Program-made: the position numbers and the translations under genes
Shown here: positions 1 to 9,926 of the stretch, piece after piece
How positions within the stretch are numbered: position 1 is the stretch's first letter
Layout of the letters: the number at the start of each line of letters is the position of its first letter
From: a virus
Strand: one strand, 5' to 3'
DNA length: 64,000 nucleotides
Virus record (IMG/VR): IMGVR_UViG_3300049988_000245
Coordinates: 62,742 to 126,741 of that record
The notes under the pieces: model-generated
Databases searched by the model: none
Told to the model about the DNA's origin: nothing
What the model saw: the letters and a program-made list of their open reading frames with translations, nothing else

Positions 1-78
1 CTCATCAACATACAATAATTGGCTTAAGCGTTTACGGACAATATTTATCTAAATAAAAGCATTGTTTAGGAGAACACA

Positions 79-735
79 ATGCATTCGATGCGAGAAATCA
101 TGACGCTCATGGAGGCACCTCGTAAGAAGGCCGCTGCCTTCCCGACCGTCAATCCTGACGAGCTTCTTGGACGCGTGATGAATCTCATGGCCGTCCTCCA
201 GGGCATGAACTTCCAGTTTACCGCCGATTGGGTCTTCGCCATGGTAGAGCAGGCCAAGCAGCAGAAGCTCGCGTTCGAGCGCCAAGCGGCGGAGGATCAC
301 GAGCGCTACGGGGACGAGCACGACCCGGCAGATTGGACCTTCGACGTGAAGGATGCCTATCGGGACCTCGCCGAGCCGTTCTACCGTAAGGCCACCCACG
401 CGTTCAACATTCTGGCGGACGCCCAGGTGGCCCAGCGGGTCTATCAGGACTCCATGGTAACCAACCCGGACGACCCCATGGATATGGTCGAAGATTCCGA
501 TTACCTGCGTTGTCTCCAGGCTCAGCGGAATCTCGGACAGGCGATCGAGGCGATCAATCCGTCTCGCCCCTCGACGTTTGTTGCCGTGCTCGACGGCATC
601 GAGAGCGTCCTCCAGACGTTCAAAAGCGCAATGAGCGGGGGCGAGCAGCGTATTCCACCGGAATGGCTTGATAGTGTGGAAAAGGAACTGGAACATCTTC
701 TCCCACTAATGCGTTTTACTCTTAAGAACCTTTGA
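79..735 (+). CDS. hypothetical late protein with M-R-x-x-x-x-L-x-E N-terminus (possible virion internal protein)
   Basis: AGGAG RBS; TAAATA motif at ~50; MREIMTLMEA near the start; downstream terminator. Confidence 0.7.
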   Translation: MHSMREIMTLMEAPRKKAAAFPTVNPDELLGRVMNLMAVLQGMNFQFTADWVFAMVEQAKQQKLAFERQAAEDHERYGDEHDPADWTFDVKDAYRDLAEPFYRKATHAFNILADAQVAQRVYQDSMVTNPDDPMDMVEDSDYLRCLQAQRNLGQAIEAINPSRPSTFVAVLDGIESVLQTFKSAMSGGEQRIPPEWLDSVEKELEHLLPLMRFTLKNL

Positions 736-761
736 GGCTTTAGGTTTGACGAATTCCAAGT

Positions 762-790
762 AAAAAGGGCGCCCGGCGGGGCGCCCTTTT
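762..790. terminator. bidirectional intrinsic terminator
   Basis: aaaaagggcgccc-ggc-gggcgcccttt hairpin between convergent genes. Confidence 0.8.
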
Positions 791-838
791 CGTTATACGG
801 GAATGCGTATATTTGGGTTTTATACGGATTTGCGTATA

Positions 839-1333
839 TCAGTTGGATTCGTTCAGCCAGGGCGCAACGACGTGGACCACGTTGCCGTACTTGCTCAGGT
901 GTCGCTCCATGGGTCCGCCGATCTTCCCGTCCGTGAGGATGAACGAGAGCGTGTGGTCGAACTCCAACATGCCACGGTGATCGAAGAAGCCGTCCGTGAA
1001 CACGAACACCTTCCGAACCCCCTGGGGACCGTCATGATTCCGAACAAAGGTTAGCGGAGCAGCGATGTTGGTCCCACCCCCACACTGGAGACCCTTGACG
1101 CGCGTCAGCACATGGAAGTTGCCGGTCACGTCGAACACCTCCAGCACGGATGCGTCGAACGTGCACACAACGACACGCTTCACTCCGTGGGCGATGCAGG
1201 CCAGGGCGATGTTCTTGAACTGTGCGGCCACGTCGTCGAAGCGCGTGGCACCAGAAACATCGCAGGCCACATAGATGGTTTCACCCTCTGCAACTCCCGC
1301 GAGGTCGAACGCCTTCTTGATCGGTGTGTCCAT
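839..1333 (-). CDS. vWA-like domain protein
   Basis: Degenerate MIDAS DVSGA, GGGT and VFTDG motifs. Confidence 0.75.
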   Translation of the reverse strand: MDTPIKKAFDLAGVAEGETIYVACDVSGATRFDDVAAQFKNIALACIAHGVKRVVVCTFDASVLEVFDVTGNFHVLTRVKGLQCGGGTNIAAPLTFVRNHDGPQGVRKVFVFTDGFFDHRGMLEFDHTLSFILTDGKIGGPMERHLSKYGNVVHVVAPWLNESN

Positions 1334-1671
1334 GGTATCCTCAGTGTTGGGGCGGTAATTTCGTCGTCGCTTCCATGTAAAATCGCATTAGGTTAAAGGC
1401 GGAACCGCTGCATCATGGCAACGCGAATCTGACGGGCCTGCTCGGCGGCGGCGATCTCGGCCGCACTCACGGGGGCCTTTTGGGGCGCGGCCGGGACAAT
1501 GATCTGGGTTGCGGTCGAGTTGAGCGTGACGGTGACGATCATGGCTGGGCTCCCGTTGCTGATTCCCCTAATATACACCTATCCGTCAGAACGTCAACTA
1601 GGGTTGGTGTGAAAGAATCTCTCCTGAATCGTATTAACCAAAAAAATATTGGAAATCCCACGATCTCAAGA

Positions 1672-1679
1672 TATAAATA
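1672..1679 (+). promoter_or_regulatory. T4-type late promoter TATAAATA
   Basis: Exact TATAAATA upstream of the vWA operon; TAAATA recurs before other late-type genes. Confidence 0.65.
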
Positions 1680-1764
1680 CCCCCGTGATCAGATTCACTG
1701 GTCACCTGTAGGCAGTAAAGACCTCGCAAGTCGGTGAGGCAGTTGAGACCTACTAAGGAGAATC

Positions 1765-2406
1765 ATGACTAGAAAGCGTTCTGCGCAGCGCGTTGCTGTG
1801 CCCACAACCGTACCAACAATCATCGAGTTCATCATCGACGAATCCGGCTCCATGGGGTCCGTGGTCGATGAGACGATCTCAGGATTCCGATCCTTTCTCG
1901 ATGAACAAAAGGCCGCTCAAGGTAGCGCCCTCCTCTCCCTGACAAAATTCGAGAGCAATAATCTCGTCACGCCTTACGTCGATCTTGACGTAAACCTCGT
2001 ACTGCCGCTGACCCGTGAGACGTTCGTCCCGGCCGGTGGCACCAATCTTCGTGATGCACTCGGAAGCCGAGTCCGGAACGTCGAAGAGCGGATCAAGAGT
2101 TGGACGAGCCCGCCTCAGGTGCTCGTCGTCCTCCTAACAGATGGACAGGACAACCAGAGCCGCCAGTACAGCACCCCTCAGGTTCGCGACATGATCGCCG
2201 CCCACGAGGCTCAAGGCTGGACCTTCGTCTACCTGGGATCGGATTCACGCGCGCTGGAAGCCGCCCAGGCCATGGGATTCCAGCCCGGCAATTCGAAGAA
2301 GTTCGAGATCAACGAGATGCACAAGACGATGGAGACACTGTCCCGCGCGACAACCGCGTACCGGGCCACCTCCACCGCTGCTGCTTCAACCTCATTTTTT
2401 GCCTAA
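1765..2406 (+). CDS. von Willebrand factor A domain protein
   Basis: DESGSM MIDAS motif, GGTNLRDA, LLTDGQDN; AAGGAG RBS. Confidence 0.9.
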   Translation: MTRKRSAQRVAVPTTVPTIIEFIIDESGSMGSVVDETISGFRSFLDEQKAAQGSALLSLTKFESNNLVTPYVDLDVNLVLPLTRETFVPAGGTNLRDALGSRVRNVEERIKSWTSPPQVLVVLLTDGQDNQSRQYSTPQVRDMIAAHEAQGWTFVYLGSDSRALEAAQAMGFQPGNSKKFEINEMHKTMETLSRATTAYRATSTAAASTSFFA

Positions 2407-2420
2407 GGGAGTCATTAATC

Positions 2421-3458
2421 ATGCGTACGAATAACGTCGAACTCCGCGTCGTGGTCAAGAACAAGGCCATCACCGAATACGCCCACAACGGCCAGACCTT
2501 CATTGAGGGCCGCGAGGGTTCCAACTTCAACATCACCGTGACCAACCACAACCCGTTCCGGGTCGAGGCGGTCGTCGCGGTGGACGGCCTGTCCGTGCTC
2601 GACGGCAAGGATGCGGGTCCGCAGAGCGACGGCTACCTGCTCGGTCCAAACGAGACCATCGCGATCCCCGGCTGGAAGCTCAACGAGGCCCAGGTCGCGG
2701 CATTCGAGTTCTCTGGGAAGGGCGGCTCCTACTCCGCGCTCAGCACGGGCTCGGCCCGCAATACCGGAGTGATCGGCCTGCTCGTCTACCGGGAGCGCTA
2801 CGTTGCCCCGAACTACGTCCCTCGGACGTTCGTCAGCAGCCCGCTCGGACAGTTCTCCACCGGAACCATCACGGCTACCCCTCCGGGATGGATGATGAAC
2901 AACATCACCGAAACCGATCTCAATACTCTGATCGGTGGGGGTGCACCACTGAACTACCACAATACGGTCCCGACTGACGCTCGTATGATGGGCGCGCTTA
3001 ACGTCGGCGCGGTACAGTCGGCCATGGCGGTCAACCACACCGTGGCCAGTGTTGGTGCCAGCGTCATGCGGGGAGCCAAGGGTCCCCAGGGGCCGCAGGG
3101 TCCCAAGGGCGATGTCGGTGCACAGGGTTCTCAGGGCTCGCCGGGCGTTTCCACCATGGAGATGGACCAGAGCTTCAACATCTCCCGTGGTTACGAGGGG
3201 ATTCAGCCACAGGCGCTCGCCGCTTCGGTGCAGAATCTCGGCACCGCCTTCGGTGAAGCCCAGACGTTCGCCACCACCACGGTGTCGTTCGCCCGTGGCG
3301 ACATGCAGGCGATGCTCGTGCTCTACTACGACAACGCCCGTGGTCTGAAAGCCCGAGGAATCGTCCTAACGCGTACGAAGAAGGACGCGGTACTGGCGAC
3401 TCCCAACGCGTTTCCCGGCATGAGCGGTTGCACGCCCCCGAAGGGCTGGAACGGCTAA
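2421..3458 (+). CDS. conserved hypothetical protein downstream of vWA gene, with a short collagen-like G-x-y tract
   Basis: AAGGGAG RBS before ATG 2421; beta-rich N-terminus (VAVDGLSVLDGK, IPGW, NTGVIG); GPQGPQGPKGDVGAQGSQGSPG. Confidence 0.75.
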   Translation: MRTNNVELRVVVKNKAITEYAHNGQTFIEGREGSNFNITVTNHNPFRVEAVVAVDGLSVLDGKDAGPQSDGYLLGPNETIAIPGWKLNEAQVAAFEFSGKGGSYSALSTGSARNTGVIGLLVYRERYVAPNYVPRTFVSSPLGQFSTGTITATPPGWMMNNITETDLNTLIGGGAPLNYHNTVPTDARMMGALNVGAVQSAMAVNHTVASVGASVMRGAKGPQGPQGPKGDVGAQGSQGSPGVSTMEMDQSFNISRGYEGIQPQALAASVQNLGTAFGEAQTFATTTVSFARGDMQAMLVLYYDNARGLKARGIVLTRTKKDAVLATPNAFPGMSGCTPPKGWNG

Positions 3459-4585
3459 CCCAGCCGCATCCTCTCGATCTCGACCTCCTCATAGGTCATC
3501 GGCGTCCCATTCGTGGGTGCCGGTGACCCACCCTGGACCAAATGAGCCAACCGCGCGAGCGCCCCCATCAGATTGGGATCATTCACGGTCGGCTTCGTCA
3601 ATACCGGGCTGGGCTTGAAGAACTTCGGTGGCTTGCGCTCGAACTTCTTGTGGTTCGGAGGCGGCAGGGCTGGCGAGTTCGGATCGAAGTTCTGGAACCC
3701 CGCTCCGTTGACGGCTAGATACGTGCCGTCATCGACCTTCTGCCAAATCTCAGCATGCTTGGATCGCGGCGCCGTCTTCAGGTCGCGGCGGATGTCCCGC
3801 ATGACCTTGTCGGCCATCCCAAACTGCGACGGCGACAGCTTATGATCGTGGAACGACAACGCGTCCCCATCACCATCGACCTCGACGATGAAGAAGTTGC
3901 GCTTCAACACCTGCCGGATGAGCCCGGCGAACAGCGACGCCTCCTGAATGCTGAAGGTGTCCTCCTGTAAGGCTAGCGACATCCCACGAACGGCAAACCC
4001 CAGCAGGTACTGCTCCGCTGTGCCCTCCCACTCCTCTGGCTCCTCCGCCGACGACGCCTTACGCTGCTCAGCGATAAAGCCTTCCTTGTGGATGATCGGG
4101 TAGTGGTGCCACCGACCACCGAACGACTCGCCATAGTAAACGCCCGGCATGAAGCAGGCGAACACCCCCACCTGCCTGGGAAAGGTTTCCAACCACGAGA
4201 CGCGGTTGTGCTGAAATTCGCAGACCGCTCCGGCGCCGCAGTTCGAGTCCGGTAGGGACGGTGCTCCGAAGGCGAAACGGTCCGCCCGGCCGTTCAGCAG
4301 CTTGTCCGCACCGTACGCGTTGATCCGGCGAGCCACCTCGGCATCCGCCAGCGCAGACGTGCGGTAGCAGCCCACGATGTGCGGCGCGAGCGCCGCCACA
4401 GGCATCTCCGCCTCGATCATCTCCCTGAGATACCAGTGCAATCCCTCATGACGCTTGGGCGGACGACCGCGCACGGCCAATTCAGCCGACCACCACGCCT
4501 CCATCTTTTTCCCACTGGATACGAACACGGTCCGCTTCGTCCGAGGGTCGCGGTACTCGTAGACGTACGCACAGTCCTGCATCAC
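3455..4585 (-). CDS. hypothetical protein with degenerate GIY-YIG-like N-terminus
   Basis: YVYEYRDPRT..VFV start; coupled to the upstream gene. Confidence 0.55.
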   Translation of the reverse strand: MMQDCAYVYEYRDPRTKRTVFVSSGKKMEAWWSAELAVRGRPPKRHEGLHWYLREMIEAEMPVAALAPHIVGCYRTSALADAEVARRINAYGADKLLNGRADRFAFGAPSLPDSNCGAGAVCEFQHNRVSWLETFPRQVGVFACFMPGVYYGESFGGRWHHYPIIHKEGFIAEQRKASSAEEPEEWEGTAEQYLLGFAVRGMSLALQEDTFSIQEASLFAGLIRQVLKRNFFIVEVDGDGDALSFHDHKLSPSQFGMADKVMRDIRRDLKTAPRSKHAEIWQKVDDGTYLAVNGAGFQNFDPNSPALPPPNHKKFERKPPKFFKPSPVLTKPTVNDPNLMGALARLAHLVQGGSPAPTNGTPMTYEEVEIERMRLG

Positions 4586-5202
4586 CGAATCTCCTCGTTC
4601 GCACGGCTGAGGAGCAAACCAGCCACCGATCGTATGGCCGACCCGGTCGCTCGCAGCTTCTCCCCCAAAGGTACGGTAGGTTTAAACTCTTTCTTTTTAG
4701 AATAGAACTCTGCGTTAACAGGAGAGTTAATTTTATATCCCTTACCTTTGGGGGAGGTCATCCGGGCGAGGCATTTTGCAGCAATCCAGGCGAACGTCGC
4801 CATGAAGTCGAGGCCGAACGTGAAGCGGATGGGGCGGCGCTTGATCCCATTGGGCATCGTCGGGGTGCGGGCGATGCGCTCGTACTGACCGGCCGGGTCA
4901 GGAACACGGTCGAGGAAGCCAATCGCCTCCAGCGTCTTCAGGGCGCCACGGATGCGGTCCTCGGACAGACCCAGGGTGGCGTTCCCCATGAGGGCACGAC
5001 GATCGACCGGGAATGGGCGTTTATGCTTGGACGGGACCGCGTTCATGCGAGCGAGGAACACCGCCAGGATGTGGGCGGCCTCGCGGTTCTTGAAGCCTCG
5101 GAGTCGGACTTCGAGAAGTTGGAAGAGCTTGCCGGGCAGCTTATAGTTGCCCGATTCCCGAGCAGGATAGAATCGCAGGCCGTCGCGGGTGATCGGTAGC
5201 AT
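4582..5202 (-). CDS. winged-helix DNA-binding / replication-initiator-like protein
   Basis: LGLSEDRIRGALKTLEAIGFLDR wHTH-like segment; AAGGGAG RBS; adjacent to the iteron-like cluster. Confidence 0.55.
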   Translation of the reverse strand: MLPITRDGLRFYPARESGNYKLPGKLFQLLEVRLRGFKNREAAHILAVFLARMNAVPSKHKRPFPVDRRALMGNATLGLSEDRIRGALKTLEAIGFLDRVPDPAGQYERIARTPTMPNGIKRRPIRFTFGLDFMATFAWIAAKCLARMTSPKGKGYKINSPVNAEFYSKKKEFKPTVPLGEKLRATGSAIRSVAGLLLSRANEEIR

Positions 5203-5284
5203 AGGCGAAGATGGCTCCCTTGGATGAAGGCAGCCGTCTACAGAATGCACTTTTCCGGGCCTGTCAAAATAGCCTGTGCGCGGA

Positions 5285-5444
5285 CTAGGTTATTCGTCGC
5301 GAGGTATGAGTCAATTGTCGCGTTGAGCTAGGCGTTTTGTCGCGAGGTATGCGTGATTTGTCGCGCAATGCCCGAATCGTGTCTTTCCCGTCACACTGCG
5401 CGACGAATGACTCATACTTGGTATAGGGGATTTGGCGCGCAATC
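5285..5444. repeat. iteron-like repeat cluster 1
   Basis: GTCGCG cores at 5296, 5317, 5339, 5360 (21/22/21-bp spacing), inverted copy at 5399, variant at 5434. Confidence 0.8.
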
Positions 5445-5526
5445 AGATTCTCGAAGTCTCCGATAGTCATCGTAGGCGACGGGGCGGTCTAAATATTCTC
5501 TGAGCCAATCATCAGAGGATAAAACC

Positions 5527-5946
5527 ATGTACCAGCTTAGCGCCGACTCTATCGGTAAACTCAAGGGTGTTCACCCTGATCTTGTGAAAGTCGTCATGCT
5601 CGCGATCCAGAAGACCGACATAGACTTCAAGGTCGGCGAGGGTGTACGTACGCTCGCCCGTCAAAAGAAGCTTGTCGCCGAAGGCAAGTCGAAGACCCTG
5701 AACTCCCGCCACATCCCCGGCAAGGACGGGTACGCCAAGGCCGTGGACCTCTGGACGATGCCGAACGGCACGGTCACCTGGGTCCAGGCTGATTACGTCA
5801 AGCTGTCCAAGCACGTTCTTGCGGCGGCCAAGGAACTCGGTGTAGCGATCCGCTGGGGCGGCGATTGGGATGGAGACGGAAACTGGCGCGAGGAAGCTTT
5901 CTTCGACGGCCCTCATTTCGAGTTACTGACTAAGGTTTACCCATAA
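5527..5946 (+). CDS. endolysin, M15 family (L-Ala-D-Glu peptidase-like)
   Basis: GVHPDL, R..ARQ, SRH...AVD, WGGDW and DGPHFEL motifs; TAAATA upstream. Confidence 0.9.
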   Translation: MYQLSADSIGKLKGVHPDLVKVVMLAIQKTDIDFKVGEGVRTLARQKKLVAEGKSKTLNSRHIPGKDGYAKAVDLWTMPNGTVTWVQADYVKLSKHVLAAAKELGVAIRWGGDWDGDGNWREEAFFDGPHFELLTKVYP

Positions 5947-6544
5947 TCCTTGAATCTTTAACAAGACGAATCGCTTCTCCTAGAATCTTCATCTCTTCAC
6001 AGGTGAAGCGATTCCCCCTAGTAACGTTACAACTACGGCATGCCGGTACGACATTGTCCACGGTGTGACCGCGATCATTATCGATCCGATCGCAGCCGAC
6101 GAAGTCATCCTCCGATCCACAATAATAACAAGGCTTCCCATCGATATTTTGGTCAAACCAGATTACGTCGATATTGTTTTCAAAGCCTTTCAGCTTGTCA
6201 CGCCTAACATAGCTTCGGACAAGGAATTTCGATCGATCGCGTTCGTATTGTGAATCACTGACGATCTTACCCTTTGCCGAGCGGGAATATCGAAGAGCCC
6301 GCGCCTTAAGTTTGGCATGCTGTTCCGGCGTTAGATTCTCAACCAGTTCCTTTGAACGATCTCGACCCTTCTTCCTCTTGGAATGACATGCCAAGCATTC
6401 ATACCCGACGCCGTACTTTCGCGAAGAGTCGGTAACGAAGAATTCTGGCGTCGCCGCCATCTCTTGTTCGCACATATTGCAGATTCGGTTTCCCTCAGTC
6501 TTGCAGCGGCGGTGCGCCCGCTTTTTTTTGATTTCCATCCACAC
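5930..6544 (-). CDS. HNH-like homing endonuclease
   Basis: CYYCG...GCDRIDNDRGHTVDNVVPACRSCN; lower GC. Confidence 0.85.
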   Translation of the reverse strand: MWMEIKKKRAHRRCKTEGNRICNMCEQEMAATPEFFVTDSSRKYGVGYECLACHSKRKKGRDRSKELVENLTPEQHAKLKARALRYSRSAKGKIVSDSQYERDRSKFLVRSYVRRDKLKGFENNIDVIWFDQNIDGKPCYYCGSEDDFVGCDRIDNDRGHTVDNVVPACRSCNVTRGNRFTCEEMKILGEAIRLVKDSRIMGKP

Positions 6545-6611
6545 ATTTTAATATCGACGGGACGTATTGTCGAAATGTAAATCCGGTCTATTGCCTAGAC
6601 GGATTATTTTA

Positions 6612-7133
6612 ATGTCCTCGATTCCAGATTACGACCATATTTTGCGCGGTCTCTATGCGAATTTCTTCGACAGCAAGGAACTGTTCGTCCTATTTGCGAC
6701 AACGACTGTCCGTGACACGATGAAGAATATTCTCGGTTACGAGAGTTCGGTCGCCGACCTTGAGGCGTGCGAGAAAGCCGTGTTCGGCGTGAGATTCGAG
6801 AAGAGCTTTATCAAGGTCGGGGGCTATCCCCGGAAGGTCCAGAAGAAGCGTAAGGGCACGGACGACCTGTTCCTTGACACGGTGATCGGCGGACTTCCCC
6901 TGGACATCAAGACCACCTTGGGCGGCCAGACTTGGATGATTCCGCACGAATGCGTTGGTCACTGGTGCCTTTTGGTCAAAGTAGACTGGAAGGTCGAGCG
7001 GTTCTCGATCGGGATTCTTAAGGCTGATTCACGGATGCTTACGAAAGGTACGAATCAAGACCTGAAGCACTCCGTATCGAAGGAGGGGCGAGAGAACATC
7101 CGGTGGATCGACGAGGGGGTGAGCTACGCCTGA
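6612..7133 (+). CDS. NaeI-family PD-(D/E)XK endonuclease domain protein
   Basis: LDIKTT...WMIPHECVGHWCLLV...FSIGI resembles the NaeI catalytic domain. Confidence 0.65.
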   Translation: MSSIPDYDHILRGLYANFFDSKELFVLFATTTVRDTMKNILGYESSVADLEACEKAVFGVRFEKSFIKVGGYPRKVQKKRKGTDDLFLDTVIGGLPLDIKTTLGGQTWMIPHECVGHWCLLVKVDWKVERFSIGILKADSRMLTKGTNQDLKHSVSKEGRENIRWIDEGVSYA

Positions 7134-7327
7134 CTAGGCGTTTCGTCGCGCAATCGAGCCGTTCGACGGAACGATTCAAATCGCCTCATTTTGCAGGGCG
7201 ATTCGATCACTAAACCACTGAGAAATAATTACTTTTATGGCTACGCTTCGATTGCGCGACGAATTGCCTACAGCCAGTCTAAATGGTTAACCAAGATCGA
7301 AAATCGATTGGGCGACAAATGACCTAC
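7133..7327. repeat. iteron-like repeat cluster 2 upstream of rep
   Basis: ctaggcgtttcgtcgcgcaatcga at 7134; inverted copies with cores at 7255 and 7311. Confidence 0.75.
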
Positions 7328-7433
7328 ACGACTCCGAGGCTGCATTTCGGTTCCATGATAAAAATTTTGGTCAACCAAATTTAGCCTTTGACATTAGGCC
7401 GATGACTCGGCATCCCAAAGGCGGGAGAAAAAC

Positions 7434-8579
7434 ATGTCGCAGGTCGTCCGCCTACCTCTGTCGAATGGCCACGTTGGTGCCCAGGCGTTCCAGCTTCCCT
7501 TCCTGAGGCCCGAGAGCGACACGTCCTCGAACAGCATCGGAATCTGGGACCTCACCCCGTGGCCGGTCCTCTACACGCCTTCGGCCAACCGGCTGGGCGG
7601 GAAGTTCTTGGACAGCATCACCCGGACGTTCGACGCGCGCGGGCATTCCTACACGCTCACCCTTCGCCCGGCCCGGATCAAGTACCCAGACGGCACCGAG
7701 GCGGACGAGTTTCCGGGCGAGCGCGAGGCGCTAGTCGAGATGGCCGTGCGCAAGATCGCGGCACAGCGGCAGACCCTGGAGATCGAGCGGAACACCGTCT
7801 CGGTCACGATCGGCCTGTACGAACTGTTCAACGAGTTGAAGGCCACCGGCCATTCGATGCGGTACGTCCATATCGAGGAGGCTCTTCGCATCCTCAACGG
7901 GACCCAGGTGGAGATCAAGCGGACCGATATCGACGGCGATGGTGATCAGGTGGAGACGATCCTGTCCTCGGCGATCTTCATCACGATGGTTCTGAAAAAG
8001 TACCGAAAGAAGGAAGATTCGAACGGCGCGTTCATCCAGTTCAACAGTCTGATCACGGATGCGATTCGCGGCCTCGACTTCCACGAGATCAACTACGCCC
8101 TTCTGATGAAGATGCGCCCGGTCCCCCGGTGGGTGTACAAGCGGCTGCTGCACGAGATCATGTTCGGGTCGAGCCCCGATCGACGCGAGCACGTCCTACG
8201 GGCGTCGTCGATCCTCGAATCCTCCGGCATGAACGGGTACAAGCGTCTGCGCGACGCGTTTGACAAGATCACCGGCTTCGTGACCGAGCTTCACCAGCAG
8301 GGTGGGGTGATCGACTCGTTCACGATCGAGAAGGAAGAGGTTGGGTCGGGCCGTGAGCGCAAGACCGCCGACATTCTTTACCGAATTCGGGTGACCGACG
8401 AATTCTATGCCCAGGCTGAATCTGCCATCCGTGGGCAGGTCCATCGGATCGAGGATTTCGAGGCCCTGACGCAGCGCAAGCCCTCCGAGGGCTGGGTGCC
8501 GGAGACGACCGCGCTTAAGGCGGGTCTGAAGAAGCGGGTTACGGCGCGGAAGAAGGCCGAACAACTCAACCTTATCTGA
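7434..8579 (+). CDS. plasmid-type replication initiator protein
   Basis: LRPARI...FPGEREALVE.A.RKIA...LYELFNELK.TGHS..Y..I.EAL.IL resembles plasmid Rep proteins; TTGACA at 7388 and GGGAG RBS. Confidence 0.7.
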   Translation: MSQVVRLPLSNGHVGAQAFQLPFLRPESDTSSNSIGIWDLTPWPVLYTPSANRLGGKFLDSITRTFDARGHSYTLTLRPARIKYPDGTEADEFPGEREALVEMAVRKIAAQRQTLEIERNTVSVTIGLYELFNELKATGHSMRYVHIEEALRILNGTQVEIKRTDIDGDGDQVETILSSAIFITMVLKKYRKKEDSNGAFIQFNSLITDAIRGLDFHEINYALLMKMRPVPRWVYKRLLHEIMFGSSPDRREHVLRASSILESSGMNGYKRLRDAFDKITGFVTELHQQGGVIDSFTIEKEEVGSGRERKTADILYRIRVTDEFYAQAESAIRGQVHRIEDFEALTQRKPSEGWVPETTALKAGLKKRVTARKKAEQLNLI

Positions 8580-8632
8580 CTTGCATTCCTGCGGTTTTGA
8601 TGTACATTGATGACATCAGCCGGGGGATTCGC

Positions 8633-9040
8633 ATGGACGTTGCCAACCTGATCGACCGAGCCGGTCTCGACGAGTACGATCGGGATATTGGCACTGCTGG
8701 TCTGTGTGGCGTATTCGCGCTGGCCCTTTACCGGGAACTTCTCCGCCGGGGCGTCTCGTCGCAGATCGTGTTTCTGTCGCTAGGCGACTGCGGTGACGTT
8801 CGCGACCTTGAATGGCGCCACGTTATGATCCGGATCGAGGATCGCTACTACGACGTGGATGGCGAAGTCCTGCTCGAACATGCAATCGAGAATTACTGCT
8901 GGGGAAATCCGCATCGGAAGACCGCCACAGCGGTGCCCGTGACCTTCAAACAGGCCACGGACATCCTTCGTGAGTTGCGTCCGTCCGCATACGACCACCG
9001 TTACCGGATGATCTGGGGCCGGAAGCTCCGGGCCGCCTAA
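8633..9040 (+). CDS. hypothetical protein, possible papain/transglutaminase-like fold
   Basis: GLCGVFALAL, HVMI and YYDVDG (C-H-D order). Confidence 0.55.
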   Translation: MDVANLIDRAGLDEYDRDIGTAGLCGVFALALYRELLRRGVSSQIVFLSLGDCGDVRDLEWRHVMIRIEDRYYDVDGEVLLEHAIENYCWGNPHRKTATAVPVTFKQATDILRELRPSAYDHRYRMIWGRKLRAA

Positions 9041-9826
9041 CTACTTCCAGGCCGTCACGGGGAGACGACGCTTCCAGCCCTGGCCGGGTTTTAGGATGAT
9101 CGCCGCGACCTCGCGAGGCATCTCGCGGGCATCCTTGAGGTACCTCGGGTAGTTCCAGGCATTGTAGAGGATTCTCGGTTCCGGATGACGGGCGCGAGAC
9201 CTCGGAAGTCGATGAATCAGTCGATCGAGGCTTGCGGTCTGCACCGGGGCATGAACGGGCTCGGGCATCGGCGGAGGTGTGAACTCGAATGCCGCCTGGG
9301 CGCGCAAACGAGTGCCCGTGGACTGGCGCGACGATGGCGGGCGGACCAGACGTGGTTCGCGGACCGGACGGGCCTCACGGGGCTTCCTGGCGCGACTCTG
9401 GCGGCGCTCCTCTTCCTCGCGCAGGCGCTGTTCCACCGGATCGACCCAGGTAACGCTCTGGAGAATTCGGCGCGGCGCTTCGGCGACGGGTTCCGGCTGA
9501 GATTCCGGCTTGGCCTCGACCTTTCGCATGGGCGGGAAGATGTCGAGGGAATCGATCGGTAGGGCTTCCGGCTCGGACTGCTTCTGGAACAGCTTCTCCG
9601 CATCGTCGCGGTACCGATTGGAGGAGAAGCTGGGCTCAAATAGCCTACGTTCGGCTTCTTGGACTGCATCGTACGAGTCGGCATGGATGTCGCGGGCTGG
9701 CACGTCATCGAGCGAGGGTTCGTCGATCATCGGGCCGTGATCGTCGTTACCTGCAAAAGCGGGTCGCGCGGTGGACCGACGTGCAGTGCGCCTCTCCACT
9801 TTGAAGTTGGGAGGGGGGCGTCTCAT
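9041..9826 (-). CDS. hypothetical Pro/Arg-rich protein
   Basis: ORF from MRRPPPNFKVERR to GWKRRLPVTAWK; GAGG RBS. Confidence 0.6.
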   Translation of the reverse strand: MRRPPPNFKVERRTARRSTARPAFAGNDDHGPMIDEPSLDDVPARDIHADSYDAVQEAERRLFEPSFSSNRYRDDAEKLFQKQSEPEALPIDSLDIFPPMRKVEAKPESQPEPVAEAPRRILQSVTWVDPVEQRLREEEERRQSRARKPREARPVREPRLVRPPSSRQSTGTRLRAQAAFEFTPPPMPEPVHAPVQTASLDRLIHRLPRSRARHPEPRILYNAWNYPRYLKDAREMPREVAAIILKPGQGWKRRLPVTAWK

Positions 9827-9926
9827 ATGACCTCGTGAAGGGTTAACTTTGCTGACCGCTCCTGGCGGTAGATCAGCATATAAGACGCCTTTCTGGTTCT
9901 GTGAAGAGGCTTCTCGGAATGCCTGT

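Noticed and set aside
5285..5444. Possible CRISPR array
   Set aside because: The 21-22-bp period leaves no room for spacers, the repeats are degenerate and no cas genes are present; iterons fit better.
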